Source of the DNA: Butyrivibrio sp. | GTDB lineage: Bacteria > Bacillota > Clostridia > Lachnospirales > Lachnospiraceae | NCBI GenBank assembly: GCA_016291375.1 | Contig: JAEEXE010000006.1 | Span: 43,588 to 107,587, forward strand | Length of the DNA stretch: 64,000 nucleotides | Reading direction: 5' to 3' | Shown: positions 19,190 through 29,458 of the stretch, in pieces | Layout of the letters: each line of letters begins with the position of its first letter | Position numbering within the stretch: the stretch's first letter is position 1 | The notes under the pieces: generated by a model | Seen by the model: the letters and a program-made list of their open reading frames with translations, nothing else | Database searches by the model: none | What the model was told of the DNA's origin: nothing | Program-made: the position numbers and the translations under genes

Positions 19190-20737
19190 TTATTTAGCAT
19201 AATCTGTTGCTCTGCTCTCTCTTATGATATTAACCTTGATCTGTCCGGGATATTCCATCTCGTCCTCGATCTTCTTGGCAATATCGCGAGCCATGAGCAC
19301 CATGTCAGAATCTGAAACCTGCTCAGGAACAACCATTACTCTGACTTCTCTACCTGCCTGAATAGCAAATGAATGATCAACACCCTTAAAGCTATTGGTG
19401 ATATCTTCGAGTTCTTTAAGTCTAGATGTGTAAGTTTCAAGTGTTTCTCTTCTTGCACCGGGTCTTGCTGAAGAAATAGTATCAGCAGCCTGTACAAGTA
19501 CAGCGATAAGTGACTGGGGTTCCACGTCCCCGTGGTGAGCCTCGACAGCATTGATAACAACCTGTGACTCTTTGTACTTTCTACAAATATCTACACCAAG
19601 CTGAATATGTGAGCCTTCAAGCTCATGGTCAACAGCTTTACCGATATCATGTAAAAGACCTGCTCTCTTTGCAACCCTAACATCGAGTCCAAGCTCTGAT
19701 GCCAATAAGCCGCAAAGCTGTGCTACTTCAACAGAATGCTTAAGACAGTTCTGTCCATAGCTGGTTCTGAACTTCATACGTCCAAGAATCTTGATAACTT
19801 CGGGATGAAGGCCGTGAACACCTGCCTCAATCGCAGCATTCTCACCTTCTTCTTTGATCTTGGCAGCAACTTCTTTCTGTGCCTTCTCAACCATCTCCTC
19901 AATTCTTGCGGGATGGATACGTCCGTCCACAATAAGCTTCTCAAGAGCTATACGTGCGACTTCACGACGAATCGGATCAAATCCGGAAATTACTACAGCT
20001 TCAGGTGTATCATCAATAATCAGATCTACACCGGTCATAGTTTCAAGGGTTCTGATGTTCCTACCCTCTCTACCGATAATCCTACCCTTCATCTCATCAT
20101 TGGGTAACTGAACTACAGAAATAGTAGTCTCGGAAACATGATCAGCTGAGCAACGCTGAATAGCATTGACAACAATTTCCTTGGCTCTCTTATCTGCTTC
20201 TTCCTTAGCCTCAGCTTCCATAGTCTTGATCATGACAGCTGATTCATGCTTTACATCATCTTCAACAATCTTTAAAAGATACTCTTTTGCTTGCTCGGAG
20301 GTTAAGCCAGAGATTTTTTCAAGTTCCTGTATTCTCTGTTCGTTAAGCTTAGTAACCTCTTCGTTCTTCTTGCTCAAAGCCTCTTCGCGGGCATTCAAGC
20401 TTTGCTCTTTCCTTTCGATCGCTTCGGACCTTTTCTCGACGTTTTCCTCTTTCTGCTGAATACGTCTCTCAGTACGCTGAACCTCATTCCTGCGGTCCCT
20501 TACTTCCTTTTCGAGATCATTACGTGTTTTCAGTGCCTCTTCCTTAACTTCAAGAAGTTTCTCACGCTTCGTTTCTTCGGCAGTTTTGAGTGCTTCGTCA
20601 ATAATTTTTCTTGCCCTTTCTTCCGCGCTACCAATCTTCCCCTCAGTAACCTTTTTGTGATAACCTGTTGCTAAAATCCAGGTTAAAATTGCTGAAAGAA
20701 CAAGAGTCACTACTGCAGTAATAACAATAACAGTCAT
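19190..20737 (-). CDS. rny: ribonuclease Y
   Basis: N-terminal TM, coiled coil, KH ([13 protein letters not shown]), HD (LLHDIGK), AIQAGRE. Confidence 0.97.
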   Translation of the reverse strand: MTVIVITAVVTLVLSAILTWILATGYHKKVTEGKIGSAEERARKIIDEALKTAEETKREKLLEVKEEALKTRNDLEKEVRDRRNEVQRTERRIQQKEENVEKRSEAIERKEQSLNAREEALSKKNEEVTKLNEQRIQELEKISGLTSEQAKEYLLKIVEDDVKHESAVMIKTMEAEAKEEADKRAKEIVVNAIQRCSADHVSETTISVVQLPNDEMKGRIIGREGRNIRTLETMTGVDLIIDDTPEAVVISGFDPIRREVARIALEKLIVDGRIHPARIEEMVEKAQKEVAAKIKEEGENAAIEAGVHGLHPEVIKILGRMKFRTSYGQNCLKHSVEVAQLCGLLASELGLDVRVAKRAGLLHDIGKAVDHELEGSHIQLGVDICRKYKESQVVINAVEAHHGDVEPQSLIAVLVQAADTISSARPGARRETLETYTSRLKELEDITNSFKGVDHSFAIQAGREVRVMVVPEQVSDSDMVLMARDIAKKIEDEMEYPGQIKVNIIRESRATDYAK

Positions 20738-20831
20738 TACAGGAGCACCTCCTTATTCAATTTTCATTGTACAATATTTTGTATAGTGGGTATTAAAAAC
20801 TCGCACTAATATACAATTTTACAACACTTAA

Positions 20832-20860
20832 ATTTTACATTTTATAAATTACAGTGTCAA
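20832..20860 (-). promoter_or_regulatory. sigmaA promoter of rny
   Basis: TTGACA-17bp-TAAAAT. Confidence 0.75.
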
Positions 20861-20958
20861 GGTCAAACGCCTTGCCAACTGAATCTTTAAGTATTTTCGT
20901 GCTATTTGATAAAACGTTTAATCAATGAAAATGAATATTGTGCTATTTTTTCATAATT

Positions 20959-21609
20959 TTATCTTCCGCTTAGCTGACATTTTGTATATATAACTTCTGT
21001 TACTTTGCCACCCTCCTTCTTTAATTCCACATAGAAATCCTCAGGGTTAATAGCATAATAAGTTGAATACACACGGGTATTTTCCTTTAAACCATTGTCA
21101 ATAAGAGCCTTTACCGCTTCCTCATAAGACATTCCCACGCTAGCTCCGAAAATTGAAAAGTTATCCGTTTCCTTTAACTGGGTAACAAAAAAACCGTCTC
21201 CGTAAGCCGATCCTAAAATCTCTACAGCGCCGTCACAAAGATAGAAGCACGTTCCGGCATCTTGATCAGAGTCTACAGCTGTTGTATTAAGAGCCTTAGC
21301 AAGTTCCTGTTCCAGATTACCTCCATACTCAGAAGTAAGCTTATCTGTATAGTCCTTTACATCCACAGTTGTTTCAACTGATGCTCCCAAATTAGAAGAT
21401 GACAAGCTAATTGCTTCACTGCTATCTTCTGAAGTTTCGGATACGGATGCAGCGTCAGGCTCAGTGTTAGAAATAGCTGAGCTTTCCACTGTAATCTCCG
21501 ACATAGAAACTTCAGAAGAAGGTGTACTACTATTTCCCCCGCCATTAGTTGAACAGCCTGCAAGTAATATAATACCTGTAAGGCCGGCCATTAAAAGTCT
21601 CTTTCTCAT
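20959..21609 (-). CDS. hypothetical lipoprotein
   Basis: Signal peptide with lipobox LAGC; Ser/Glu-rich linker; AGGAG RBS. Confidence 0.8.
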   Translation of the reverse strand: MRKRLLMAGLTGIILLAGCSTNGGGNSSTPSSEVSMSEITVESSAISNTEPDAASVSETSEDSSEAISLSSSNLGASVETTVDVKDYTDKLTSEYGGNLEQELAKALNTTAVDSDQDAGTCFYLCDGAVEILGSAYGDGFFVTQLKETDNFSIFGASVGMSYEEAVKALIDNGLKENTRVYSTYYAINPEDFYVELKKEGGKVTEVIYTKCQLSGR

Positions 21610-21631
21610 ATCAATGCTCCTTATTTACTTA

Positions 21632-22321
21632 TCAGTTAAAAATTATATACTTAGCGGCGGTGTTATTATAATAATTCTGTAAATCCTGCTGAGTACCATC
21701 ATAATACTCTCTTTGTTCCTTGTTAGAATTTCTTCTGTAAGAATGGAGTATTCCGCCACCCTGGTTATTAGACTCAATATAGTCTTTGTGTTCAAGCTTT
21801 GTTCCATCCTGTGATAAGAAATAAGTCTCAAAAGTAAAGCTCTGAGAATTGGCAACAATAACACCATTACCGGTTATTGCAATTGCATCATGCGCATCAA
21901 GTGTACCGGCAAGATACACCTTATCATCACCCTCTTTCTGAGTGTAGAATCGCACATCTTCTGCTACAATATTGCCATTCCCATCTCCGTGGATTCCATC
22001 CATTGCTATTGCAAGAACCATAGTATTGCAGCCCTGAACATTAACATATTTAGAATACTCAAAGCCGTTTTCTCTATAATACTTTCTTACCTCTTCAAGA
22101 CTTTTATATTTTGAAATAGAACCAATTTCCCCAAGGTAATCGCTATCAGACAAAGATGAATCATTCTGCTCCATAGGAACCTCTACTTCCTGGACTGTCT
22201 CTGTCTCCACTGTATCAGAAGCTGTAGTATCTCCTGTTGCCTGTGTGCTACCGCATCCTGTCATTGCAAGCATCCCTGCAAAAATAAGGCCTGTAGCGAT
22301 CTGTACTCCTCTTCTCTTCAT
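21632..22321 (-). CDS. hypothetical lipoprotein
   Basis: MKRRG...AMTGC lipobox; T/E-rich linker; AAGGAG RBS. Confidence 0.8.
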   Translation of the reverse strand: MKRRGVQIATGLIFAGMLAMTGCGSTQATGDTTASDTVETETVQEVEVPMEQNDSSLSDSDYLGEIGSISKYKSLEEVRKYYRENGFEYSKYVNVQGCNTMVLAIAMDGIHGDGNGNIVAEDVRFYTQKEGDDKVYLAGTLDAHDAIAITGNGVIVANSQSFTFETYFLSQDGTKLEHKDYIESNNQGGGILHSYRRNSNKEQREYYDGTQQDLQNYYNNTAAKYIIFN

Positions 22322-22357
22322 TTTCAAATTTCTCCTTTCATTTATAAAGCGTTATAT

Positions 22358-22395
22358 AAAAAAGCATGGGACATGTATATATACAAGCCCCATAC
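22358..22395 (-). terminator. intrinsic terminator-like hairpin 5' of the lipoprotein genes
   Basis: GTATGGGGCTTGTA-TATA-TACATGTCCCATGC followed by TTTTTT. Confidence 0.7.
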
Positions 22396-22527
22396 ATTTT
22401 TATCAGATTATAATTTACCGGCTATAAGTTATGCTAATAAACTAATAGCCTCTCCCCTAAGATTGTTTGTGTTAATTTATGATAGTATAACACGTAACGA
22501 TTATTTCCGCAAATCTTAACAATGCTT

Positions 22528-23151
22528 TTATTCAAAATAAATATCTTCATTATTCATCGCACTTCTGATAGCGTCCATGGAATAGCCTTTTCTTAACAAA
22601 AATGCTATTATCTTCTGTTTATCTTTATAATCCATTGATGTATCATAATGCTTCTTGACCAAAAGTCTACCAATCTGCTCCTTTTCAGCATCGCGGCACT
22701 GCTCATCCGTAAATTCAGCCAGAACAGAATCAATAATATCCTTAGGGATTCCTCTGGTCATAAGATCCTGCTTTATCCTGTTCTTACTTCGATATTCAAT
22801 ATTATAGCTAACATAATCTCGAGCGTATCTCTCATCATCAAGATAGTTGTAAGACTTAACATAATCTATCGCAGCATCAATAATATCGTCCGAATACAGA
22901 CCATCTGCAAGCTTATCTCGTAGTTTCTTCTCAGTGTAGTCTTTCTTGGTAAGAAGCTCCATCGCTCTCTTGGTTGCCCTCTTGGGTAAAAGAGCCTTAG
23001 TTATTTCCAGATAAGTGTCTTCCGGAATAGTCTCTCCCTCTTTAATTCCAAAAGAACGGAGTTCGCCCTTGTATAATACAAAGGCGAACTCCCCGTCTAT
23101 AAATATTTTATTTCTCTTTTTATCAAATTCTACAATGCTTGATATTATCAC
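22528..23151 (-). CDS. recX: RecA regulator RecX
   Basis: [14 protein letters not shown] motifs; overlaps recA stop. Confidence 0.92.
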   Translation of the reverse strand: MIISSIVEFDKKRNKIFIDGEFAFVLYKGELRSFGIKEGETIPEDTYLEITKALLPKRATKRAMELLTKKDYTEKKLRDKLADGLYSDDIIDAAIDYVKSYNYLDDERYARDYVSYNIEYRSKNRIKQDLMTRGIPKDIIDSVLAEFTDEQCRDAEKEQIGRLLVKKHYDTSMDYKDKQKIIAFLLRKGYSMDAIRSAMNNEDIYFE

Positions 23152-24212
23152 TTTGAAGCCTTCGTTTTCTTAGGTGTCTCAGTTTCCTCCGCCTTAGGAG
23201 CAGAAGCCTTAATATCTGATTGGAGGCCATAATGTGCTCTTACCTTAGCCTCAATGTCATCCTTGATCTGAGGGTTATTCTCAAGATAGAGCTTGGCATT
23301 CTCTCTACCCTGTCCAATCTTCTCACCCTCATACTGATACCATGCGCCGCTCTTATTAACAATATCAACATTAGCAGCAAGATCAAGAATATCACCTGTG
23401 GATGAAATACCCTTACCAAACATGATATCAAACTCAGCCTCTTTAAAAGGAGGAGCAATCTTATTCTTAACTACCTTTACTCGTGTTCTGTTACCGATAT
23501 TCTCGCCATTTTGCTTAATAGCTTCAATACGACGAACATCCATACGTACTGATGAATAGAACTTAAGAGCACGTCCGCCTGTTGTAGTCTCGGGATTACC
23601 GAACATGATACCAACCTTCTCTCTGAGCTGGTTGATAAATACAACTGTACAATTAGACTTACTGATAACAGCTGTGAGCTTACGAAGAGCCTGTGACATA
23701 AGTCTTGCCTGAAGACCCACGTGAGAATCTCCCATATCTCCGTCAATCTCAGCCTTGGGAACAAGCGCTGCAACAGAGTCAACAACAACGATATCTATAG
23801 CGCCTGAGCGAACCATTGTCTCTGTGATCTCAAGAGCCTGTTCGCCGCTATCCGGCTGTGAAATATAGAGATTATCAATATCAACGCCGATATTCTTGGC
23901 ATATACCGGGTCAAGGGCATGCTCAGCATCAATAAATCCCGCTATTCCACCTCTCTTCTGAACCTCTGCGATCATATGAAGAGTTACGGTAGTCTTACCA
24001 CTGGACTCAGGTCCGTATATCTCAATAATCCTTCCCTTTGGAATACCTCCCAGGCCAAGTGCGATATCAAGGCTAAGTGATCCTGTAGGGATTGTCTCTA
24101 TGTTCATGGTGTCTGTAGAATCACCAAGTTTCATAACGGCGCCCTTACCAAACTGCTTCTCAATCTGTCCAAGTGCCGCATCGAGTGCTTTCTGTTTATC
24201 TTCTCTTTCCAT
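23148..24212 (-). CDS. recA: recombinase A
   Basis: [31 protein letters not shown]. Confidence 0.99.
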   Translation of the reverse strand: MEREDKQKALDAALGQIEKQFGKGAVMKLGDSTDTMNIETIPTGSLSLDIALGLGGIPKGRIIEIYGPESSGKTTVTLHMIAEVQKRGGIAGFIDAEHALDPVYAKNIGVDIDNLYISQPDSGEQALEITETMVRSGAIDIVVVDSVAALVPKAEIDGDMGDSHVGLQARLMSQALRKLTAVISKSNCTVVFINQLREKVGIMFGNPETTTGGRALKFYSSVRMDVRRIEAIKQNGENIGNRTRVKVVKNKIAPPFKEAEFDIMFGKGISSTGDILDLAANVDIVNKSGAWYQYEGEKIGQGRENAKLYLENNPQIKDDIEAKVRAHYGLQSDIKASAPKAEETETPKKTKASK

Positions 24213-24228
24213 ACACATCTCCTTCTTA

Positions 24229-24281
24229 GAACATTCGTTCTGTATATAAATTATACTAAAACAGATGTTCGATTATGTCAA
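24229..24281 (-). promoter_or_regulatory. recA promoter with two LexA (SOS) boxes
   Basis: TTGACA(24281-24276)-17bp-TAGTAT; GAAC-ATTC-GTTC at 24229-24240 and AAAC-AGAT-GTTC at 24259-24270 match the Firmicute GAAC-N4-GTTC box. Confidence 0.9.
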
Positions 24282-24302
24282 CATATTTTTTTATAATAAT
24301 AA

Positions 24303-24392
24303 TAAAAATGAAATCTTCGGCTGAATCGCCGCAAGAATCGCCCCGCATAACATACAAGTCATTGTCCAAGAGATGAACAATGACTTGTTAAC
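24303..24392 (-). ncRNA. candidate small RNA
   Basis: Promoter TTAAGT-17bp-TATGAT with CTTAAG-N5-CTTAAG repeat; 12-bp perfect hairpin, second hairpin, T-run. Confidence 0.4.
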
Positions 24393-24446
24393 TTTATCAT
24401 ATATGCTTCAAATAAACAACTTAAGATTTTCTTAAGATGCCAAACG

Positions 24447-24983
24447 TCAATTGATCATAGTGACATTATATTGCCTGCAAAGCTCACTGTACTCAGTGTT
24501 TATAAGCTGTACCATCTCAGCATCACCACTGACATTATCAGGATGGAACATCTTCATCAGATCCTTGTAGCGTTTCTTAAGAGTAAGTGCACTGTTCACG
24601 CCTCTGAATAAAAGGTCTAATGCATCATACTCATTTTCCCTTTGATAAGCTTTTTCTCGCTCAAGCCTTACAAATTCACCTTCAAGTTTCTTCTTATCGC
24701 TGTTGAGCTGATCAAAGCCGTTATTAAGGATCTTAAGTCTCTGGTCAAAGAGAGCCTTGTCATTGTTGAGTTTACGACTCTCTGTGTCAAGCTTCTTCTC
24801 AACCTGATCGACTCTGTCCTTAAATGATCTCTCATCGGCTTCAAGCTTGGCATAGCGCTCAGAAAGTGCACTCTCCTGATTCTCAAGTCGTACACTCTCC
24901 TTAAAGAGCCAAAGCCTAAGCTCACTAAGTTCATCCTCAGTACCGCTTAAGATAATTTCTTCAAGGTTTCTTTTTTCTTCCAT
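24447..24983 (-). CDS. coiled-coil protein with C-terminal J-domain-like segment
   Basis: LKKRYKDLMKMFHPDN (HPD motif). Confidence 0.8.
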   Translation of the reverse strand: MEEKRNLEEIILSGTEDELSELRLWLFKESVRLENQESALSERYAKLEADERSFKDRVDQVEKKLDTESRKLNNDKALFDQRLKILNNGFDQLNSDKKKLEGEFVRLEREKAYQRENEYDALDLLFRGVNSALTLKKRYKDLMKMFHPDNVSGDAEMVQLINTEYSELCRQYNVTMIN

Positions 24984-25008
24984 AAGGGCCCCTCACCTTC
25001 TGGACGAC

Positions 25009-25407
25009 TTACTTCTCCTTATCTTCCTCCGGAAAAGCAATATCTACTGCATCGTCATCATCCATAAAATTTTCTTTTTTGGCTGAAAAACGGTCCATAA
25101 TATCGGGCACGAGATCAAGAACCTTGGTTATAGCATCCTGATTCTTGATATTAACTAGTTTGGTAGAACCATTCTTTATAACAAGAACAGCGCTTGGTGA
25201 CATCCTGGCACCAAATCCGCCTGCTCCGCCATTCTTTTTATCTGTATCGGAAGCTCCGGCACCAACGCCAAAAGACACATCAACCAAAGGAAGGATGATG
25301 GTATCTTCTACTTTTGTAGCTTCTCCAACAACTGTCTTGGTAGCAAGGATTGAATTCATACCATGAAGCAAAGACTCAACTACGCTGTTAAATTTACTCT
25401 CTCCCAT
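25009..25407 (-). CDS. GerW/YtfJ family protein
   Basis: KTVVGE, IILPLVDVSFGVGAG, GGAGG...SPSAVLVI. Confidence 0.85.
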   Translation of the reverse strand: MGESKFNSVVESLLHGMNSILATKTVVGEATKVEDTIILPLVDVSFGVGAGASDTDKKNGGAGGFGARMSPSAVLVIKNGSTKLVNIKNQDAITKVLDLVPDIMDRFSAKKENFMDDDDAVDIAFPEEDKEK

Positions 25408-25427
25408 AAAAACCTCCAAGATTCTAT

Positions 25428-26390
25428 CTATCTTTCGGATATCTTCTTAAATCTGGCAATAACCTTTTTGACATCCTTGTTGAAATAGCAAACACAAACA
25501 CAATATAAAACAGTAAATAAAGTGATATGTCCCTTTAGATGTATATCGGCCTCAATGACCTTATCATTAAAGTCCGGTATAAATGTAAGCTTGTCATGCA
25601 GCATGCCGTACATAACACCGTATGCAGCCATAATATCAGCCTCCCATGCAGGATCACCAACTCCAAGATATAGTCTTGATTCGCTCTTATCTGGCATTAT
25701 CATCCTAAGGAGCTTAATAAGTTTGTCCTTAACAAGGCTGAATGCTCTCTCAAAAATCTCACTTTCAAGAGTGGACTTAATCATATTTATCTTACCACAA
25801 ACTCTAGATATTGTATATTTTATTTTTCGAAACACATTTTGTGGCGTTTCTATGAGCTTTTCTATAAAAGAAACTACATCCCATACCACATCCACTATTG
25901 ATTTATCTTCATCAGTTTCTTCTGAAAGCTGTATCCAAGTGACAGATGTGTCATTTGTGGTTTCATTATCTTCTTTTCCCGCATCTTTATCATCTATAGC
26001 AAAGGATAGGTCGTCTTTTTCATCTATTCTGACTTCAGATGCTTCCTCAGATACTTCAGTTTCATTCTTTTGGGAATCAGTCTCCTCTTTTTTATCCGGC
26101 TTTTTCCTTCCGGGATATATCTTAATTCCAAAAATCTTAATGACAAAGGTGTCATCTTTATGATGAATATATCTTCCACTAACTATGTGCAGGAGCCAGT
26201 GGAATCTGATCTTAAGCCCAATCCTCTCAGAATCAAAATCATCACCAAATCTCATTCTGGGTACATCTGCGTCAATCTTGTATCTAATAGGCACAAACAA
26301 AAGCAGCAGAACAAGCAATAATAAAACGGCAAGGATAACCAGTAAGGTAATGCCGATTATTTTAAGAACCGAAAAAAAAGCAGCCAACAT
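25428..26390 (-). CDS. DUF2953 (YtfI-like) membrane-anchored protein
   Basis: N-terminal TM, G.GDPA motif, PDF motif; upstream of the ytfJ-like gene. Confidence 0.7.
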   Translation of the reverse strand: MLAAFFSVLKIIGITLLVILAVLLLLVLLLLFVPIRYKIDADVPRMRFGDDFDSERIGLKIRFHWLLHIVSGRYIHHKDDTFVIKIFGIKIYPGRKKPDKKEETDSQKNETEVSEEASEVRIDEKDDLSFAIDDKDAGKEDNETTNDTSVTWIQLSEETDEDKSIVDVVWDVVSFIEKLIETPQNVFRKIKYTISRVCGKINMIKSTLESEIFERAFSLVKDKLIKLLRMIMPDKSESRLYLGVGDPAWEADIMAAYGVMYGMLHDKLTFIPDFNDKVIEADIHLKGHITLFTVLYCVCVCYFNKDVKKVIARFKKISER

Positions 26391-26435
26391 ATAAACTCCC
26401 AAGTCAAGTAATTACCACAGATCCCTTTATCAGCT

Positions 26436-26768
26436 TTATTGAGGCTGTTTTTCAAGGAATCCTATAAGCTGTCCATCCATTCCTGCAGCACAGGCTCTGT
26501 CTGATATCTCCACAATAATATCAAGCGCCTCTGCATAGCTTCCGGCGATTCCGTATATGTATGCCGGATGCTCTCTAAAGTAGGCTTGCTGCAAAAATGC
26601 GGAATGTATGATCTCAAGCTGGTCACTATCATTCATAGCCTTCACAATGCAAAAAATGGTAAATTGACCACTTCCGTGATACAGCTTCCACTTAACCAGC
26701 GAACGTCTTTTAACAGATTTTCCATAGTATAGATTCTTATAGAATTCACAGAATCCATTTTTTTTCAT
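26436..26768 (-). CDS. hypothetical protein
   Basis: 110-aa ORF with GGGGAG RBS. Confidence 0.7.
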   Translation of the reverse strand: MKKNGFCEFYKNLYYGKSVKRRSLVKWKLYHGSGQFTIFCIVKAMNDSDQLEIIHSAFLQQAYFREHPAYIYGIAGSYAEALDIIVEISDRACAAGMDGQLIGFLEKQPQ

Positions 26769-26929
26769 AAAAATACAATTCTCCCCATTTAACGAATTGA
26801 CCTACATGCTCCCGTTTATGTATAGTAGGATATATAGGGGTAATGCATAAATCGTCTTCATCAAACATTTTATCACATGAAAAAAGTTTATGGAATGCGA
26901 CGGAACATAGTACCTGGGAGGTCCGGAAC

Positions 26930-27994
26930 ATGAAAGTTGTAGCGCGTATAGAATTAAAGCCCGGAATGGTCATTGCAGAAGACATTCTCAATTACAAGAA
27001 CGAGATCATCGTAATGGCGGGCACAAAAGTTACCGACAATATTCTTAAAAAGCTTGCCAGACAGTCAATCATGGCAGTTCCCATAAAAGAAGAAATTGAT
27101 TTTTCCACAACGCACTTTGAAAAAGTGCGCATGACTGATGGTTTCAAGAACTTCGAATCTATCTATAATATTTATTTCCCGGTTTTCAAAAGATATATGC
27201 TTGGTGCAGTTAATAAGAGCCAGCCTATCAATCTGTCCCAGTTCATGGAAGTATATACAAGCATAATCGCCGGCGTTAAGAGCGGTGAGCATCTGCTTGA
27301 TTATCTGTATAATCTCATCCCTGACGAAGGAGAGATGACTCTGTGTCATTGTCTTAATTCTGCCCTTATAGCCGGAGTTTTTGCTACATGGCTTGGTCTT
27401 TCCAATAACGACACTCTGCTTTTGATACAATGTGCATTTCTTTATGATATAGGGAAGTTTAGCATACCTTATCAGATTCTGTGGAAACCACAGAGATTAT
27501 CTCCCGAGGAATATACTCTGGTTATGCAGCACACCCAGATCGGATACGACTTCCTTAAGCAGGTTGGCACATTTGATCCCCACATCCTAAAAGCAACTCT
27601 TCAGCACCACGAAAGATGTAACGGGACCGGTTATCCCTCATCTCTAACTGCGGAAGAGATAGACAGGTTTGCCAAGTATATTGCGATCATAGATTCCTAC
27701 GAAGCCATGACTTCTCCAAGAACTTACCGCAAAAAGCTCCATCCTTTCCAGATAATTGCCAATTACGAGAACGAAGGCTTTGAGAGATACGATGTGCAGG
27801 CCCTTAAGTCTTTCCTGTCTCATATTGCAAATTCTCAGCTTGGCTTTAATGTGCAGCTTAGTAATGAAAGACTCGGCACTGTAATATTAATAAATGAGAA
27901 GGCGCTCTCACGCCCTCTCATCAAATTAAACGAAGATAATACACTTATCGACCTGTCAAAAGAAAGAGATATCAAGATAACTCAGGTCTTCTAA
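26930..27994 (+). CDS. HD-GYP domain protein (degenerate HD)
   Basis: HCLNSA, FLYDIGK, HHERCNGTGYP, RTYR; GGAGG RBS before ATG 26930. Confidence 0.85.
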   Translation: MKVVARIELKPGMVIAEDILNYKNEIIVMAGTKVTDNILKKLARQSIMAVPIKEEIDFSTTHFEKVRMTDGFKNFESIYNIYFPVFKRYMLGAVNKSQPINLSQFMEVYTSIIAGVKSGEHLLDYLYNLIPDEGEMTLCHCLNSALIAGVFATWLGLSNNDTLLLIQCAFLYDIGKFSIPYQILWKPQRLSPEEYTLVMQHTQIGYDFLKQVGTFDPHILKATLQHHERCNGTGYPSSLTAEEIDRFAKYIAIIDSYEAMTSPRTYRKKLHPFQIIANYENEGFERYDVQALKSFLSHIANSQLGFNVQLSNERLGTVILINEKALSRPLIKLNEDNTLIDLSKERDIKITQVF

Positions 27995-27997
27995 GTT

Positions 27998-29458
27998 TTA
28001 TTCTACTCCGAAATATGCATCAAATACTCTTTTAGCAATGGGAACCGCATAGCTTCCGCCACTTCCCGCTTCTTCCACGATGATGGTCACGCAGACTTCA
28101 GGGTCATCTGCGGGAGCAAAGCCTGTAAACCAGGCATGTGAATCCTTGGCATCATTAAATTCAGCCGATCCGGTCTTTCCTGCCGCAGTGTAGGAAAGGC
28201 CTTTTAATCTGCTTGCTGTTCCTTCATTAACAACCTTCCCCATCATTCTGCGGATTACCTGTGACTCAGAGGTAGACAACAGTTTCCCGTATTCTTCAGG
28301 AGAAAACTTCTTAATCTCTTTTCCGTCCTCACTCTTAACCTCACTTACAATATAAGGCTTCATAAGCATTCCGTCGTTGGCTATTGCGCAAGTTATAAGA
28401 TTAAGATGCTCAGGGGTTATTGATGTATTACCCTGTCCTATGGAAAGCTGCATCACCTGGCTTATCGCATGATCCTTGGGATATGATGACGAACTCTTAT
28501 TATATCTGCAAAAATCAATAGGAAGCTCTTGGTTAAACTTAAGATCATGGAGTACTCCGTCAAAGGTTTCAGGCTTAAGTCCCACACCTATATTGGCAAA
28601 AGAGGAATTGCAGGACTTGGCAAAAGATCTTTCAAGATCCAGACTTCCATGATTCTCGCCGTGATAACAGGAAATGGTATTACCCTCATGGGTAAACTTT
28701 CCGTTACAGCTAAACTTATAATTAGCATAATCTGTAGGATGTTCTCTCAAATAGCTAAGGAGCGTTACGATCTTAAAAGTAGATCCCGGAGGATACAATC
28801 CTTGGGTTGCTCTGTTAAGAAGCTTTGCTTCTCCCGATGTGTCTTTTACCATGTTGTCCCACTCAAGCTCCAGATTATTGGGATCAAAATCAGGCTTTGA
28901 TACCATAGCAAGGATCTCGCCTGTCTTGGGATTGGATACAATAATGGCGCCCTTTCTTGAAGAAAGCGCATTGTAAGCAACTTCCTGAAGATTAGCATCT
29001 AGAGTTGATGTTACATTATCTGCAGGATACTTCATTCCCTTTGTATCATAGGCAACCTTCTTGGACAGATCCAGGTTGGTATTTATAAGATAATAATTAC
29101 AAAAGGCCTCTATTCCGGCTTTTCCCTTTGTGGAATATCCAACAGCATGTGCAAACTCTTTTCCGTATGGGTAAACCCTTACTTCTTTTCCGTCACTTCC
29201 CTTTTCCGAATAGGCAAGTATATCTCCGTCTCTTGAAAGGATCTTGCCTCTCTGATTCTGTTTAAGAAGTATCTTTTGCCTGGTATTGTAATCGTTGTTT
29301 ATAAATTCCTGTTTATGAGACATTGAATAATTAAATATATATCCAAGCATAGTCACAAACAGTAAAACGTATATTCCGGACAGCACCATTATCGGATAAG
29401 ATCTTACTTTTTTCCTCTTACCTGTCCTCTTCGTCCTCGTATCTCTTGTATCTCTCAT
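27998..29458 (-). CDS. class B penicillin-binding transpeptidase
   Basis: STFK, SCN and KTG active-site motifs; paired with a SEDS gene; start uncertain. Confidence 0.92.
   Translation of the reverse strand: MRDTRDTRTKRTGKRKKVRSYPIMVLSGIYVLLFVTMLGYIFNYSMSHKQEFINNDYNTRQKILLKQNQRGKILSRDGDILAYSEKGSDGKEVRVYPYGKEFAHAVGYSTKGKAGIEAFCNYYLINTNLDLSKKVAYDTKGMKYPADNVTSTLDANLQEVAYNALSSRKGAIIVSNPKTGEILAMVSKPDFDPNNLELEWDNMVKDTSGEAKLLNRATQGLYPPGSTFKIVTLLSYLREHPTDYANYKFSCNGKFTHEGNTISCYHGENHGSLDLERSFAKSCNSSFANIGVGLKPETFDGVLHDLKFNQELPIDFCRYNKSSSSYPKDHAISQVMQLSIGQGNTSITPEHLNLITCAIANDGMLMKPYIVSEVKSEDGKEIKKFSPEEYGKLLSTSESQVIRRMMGKVVNEGTASRLKGLSYTAAGKTGSAEFNDAKDSHAWFTGFAPADDPEVCVTIIVEEAGSGGSYAVPIAKRVFDAYFGVE

Noticed and set aside
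26814-26841. dif-like appearance (ACCCCTATATAT...ATACATAAAC)
   Set aside because: Lacks the conserved XerD arm TTATGT(T/A)AA, and there is no switch in gene strand bias around it
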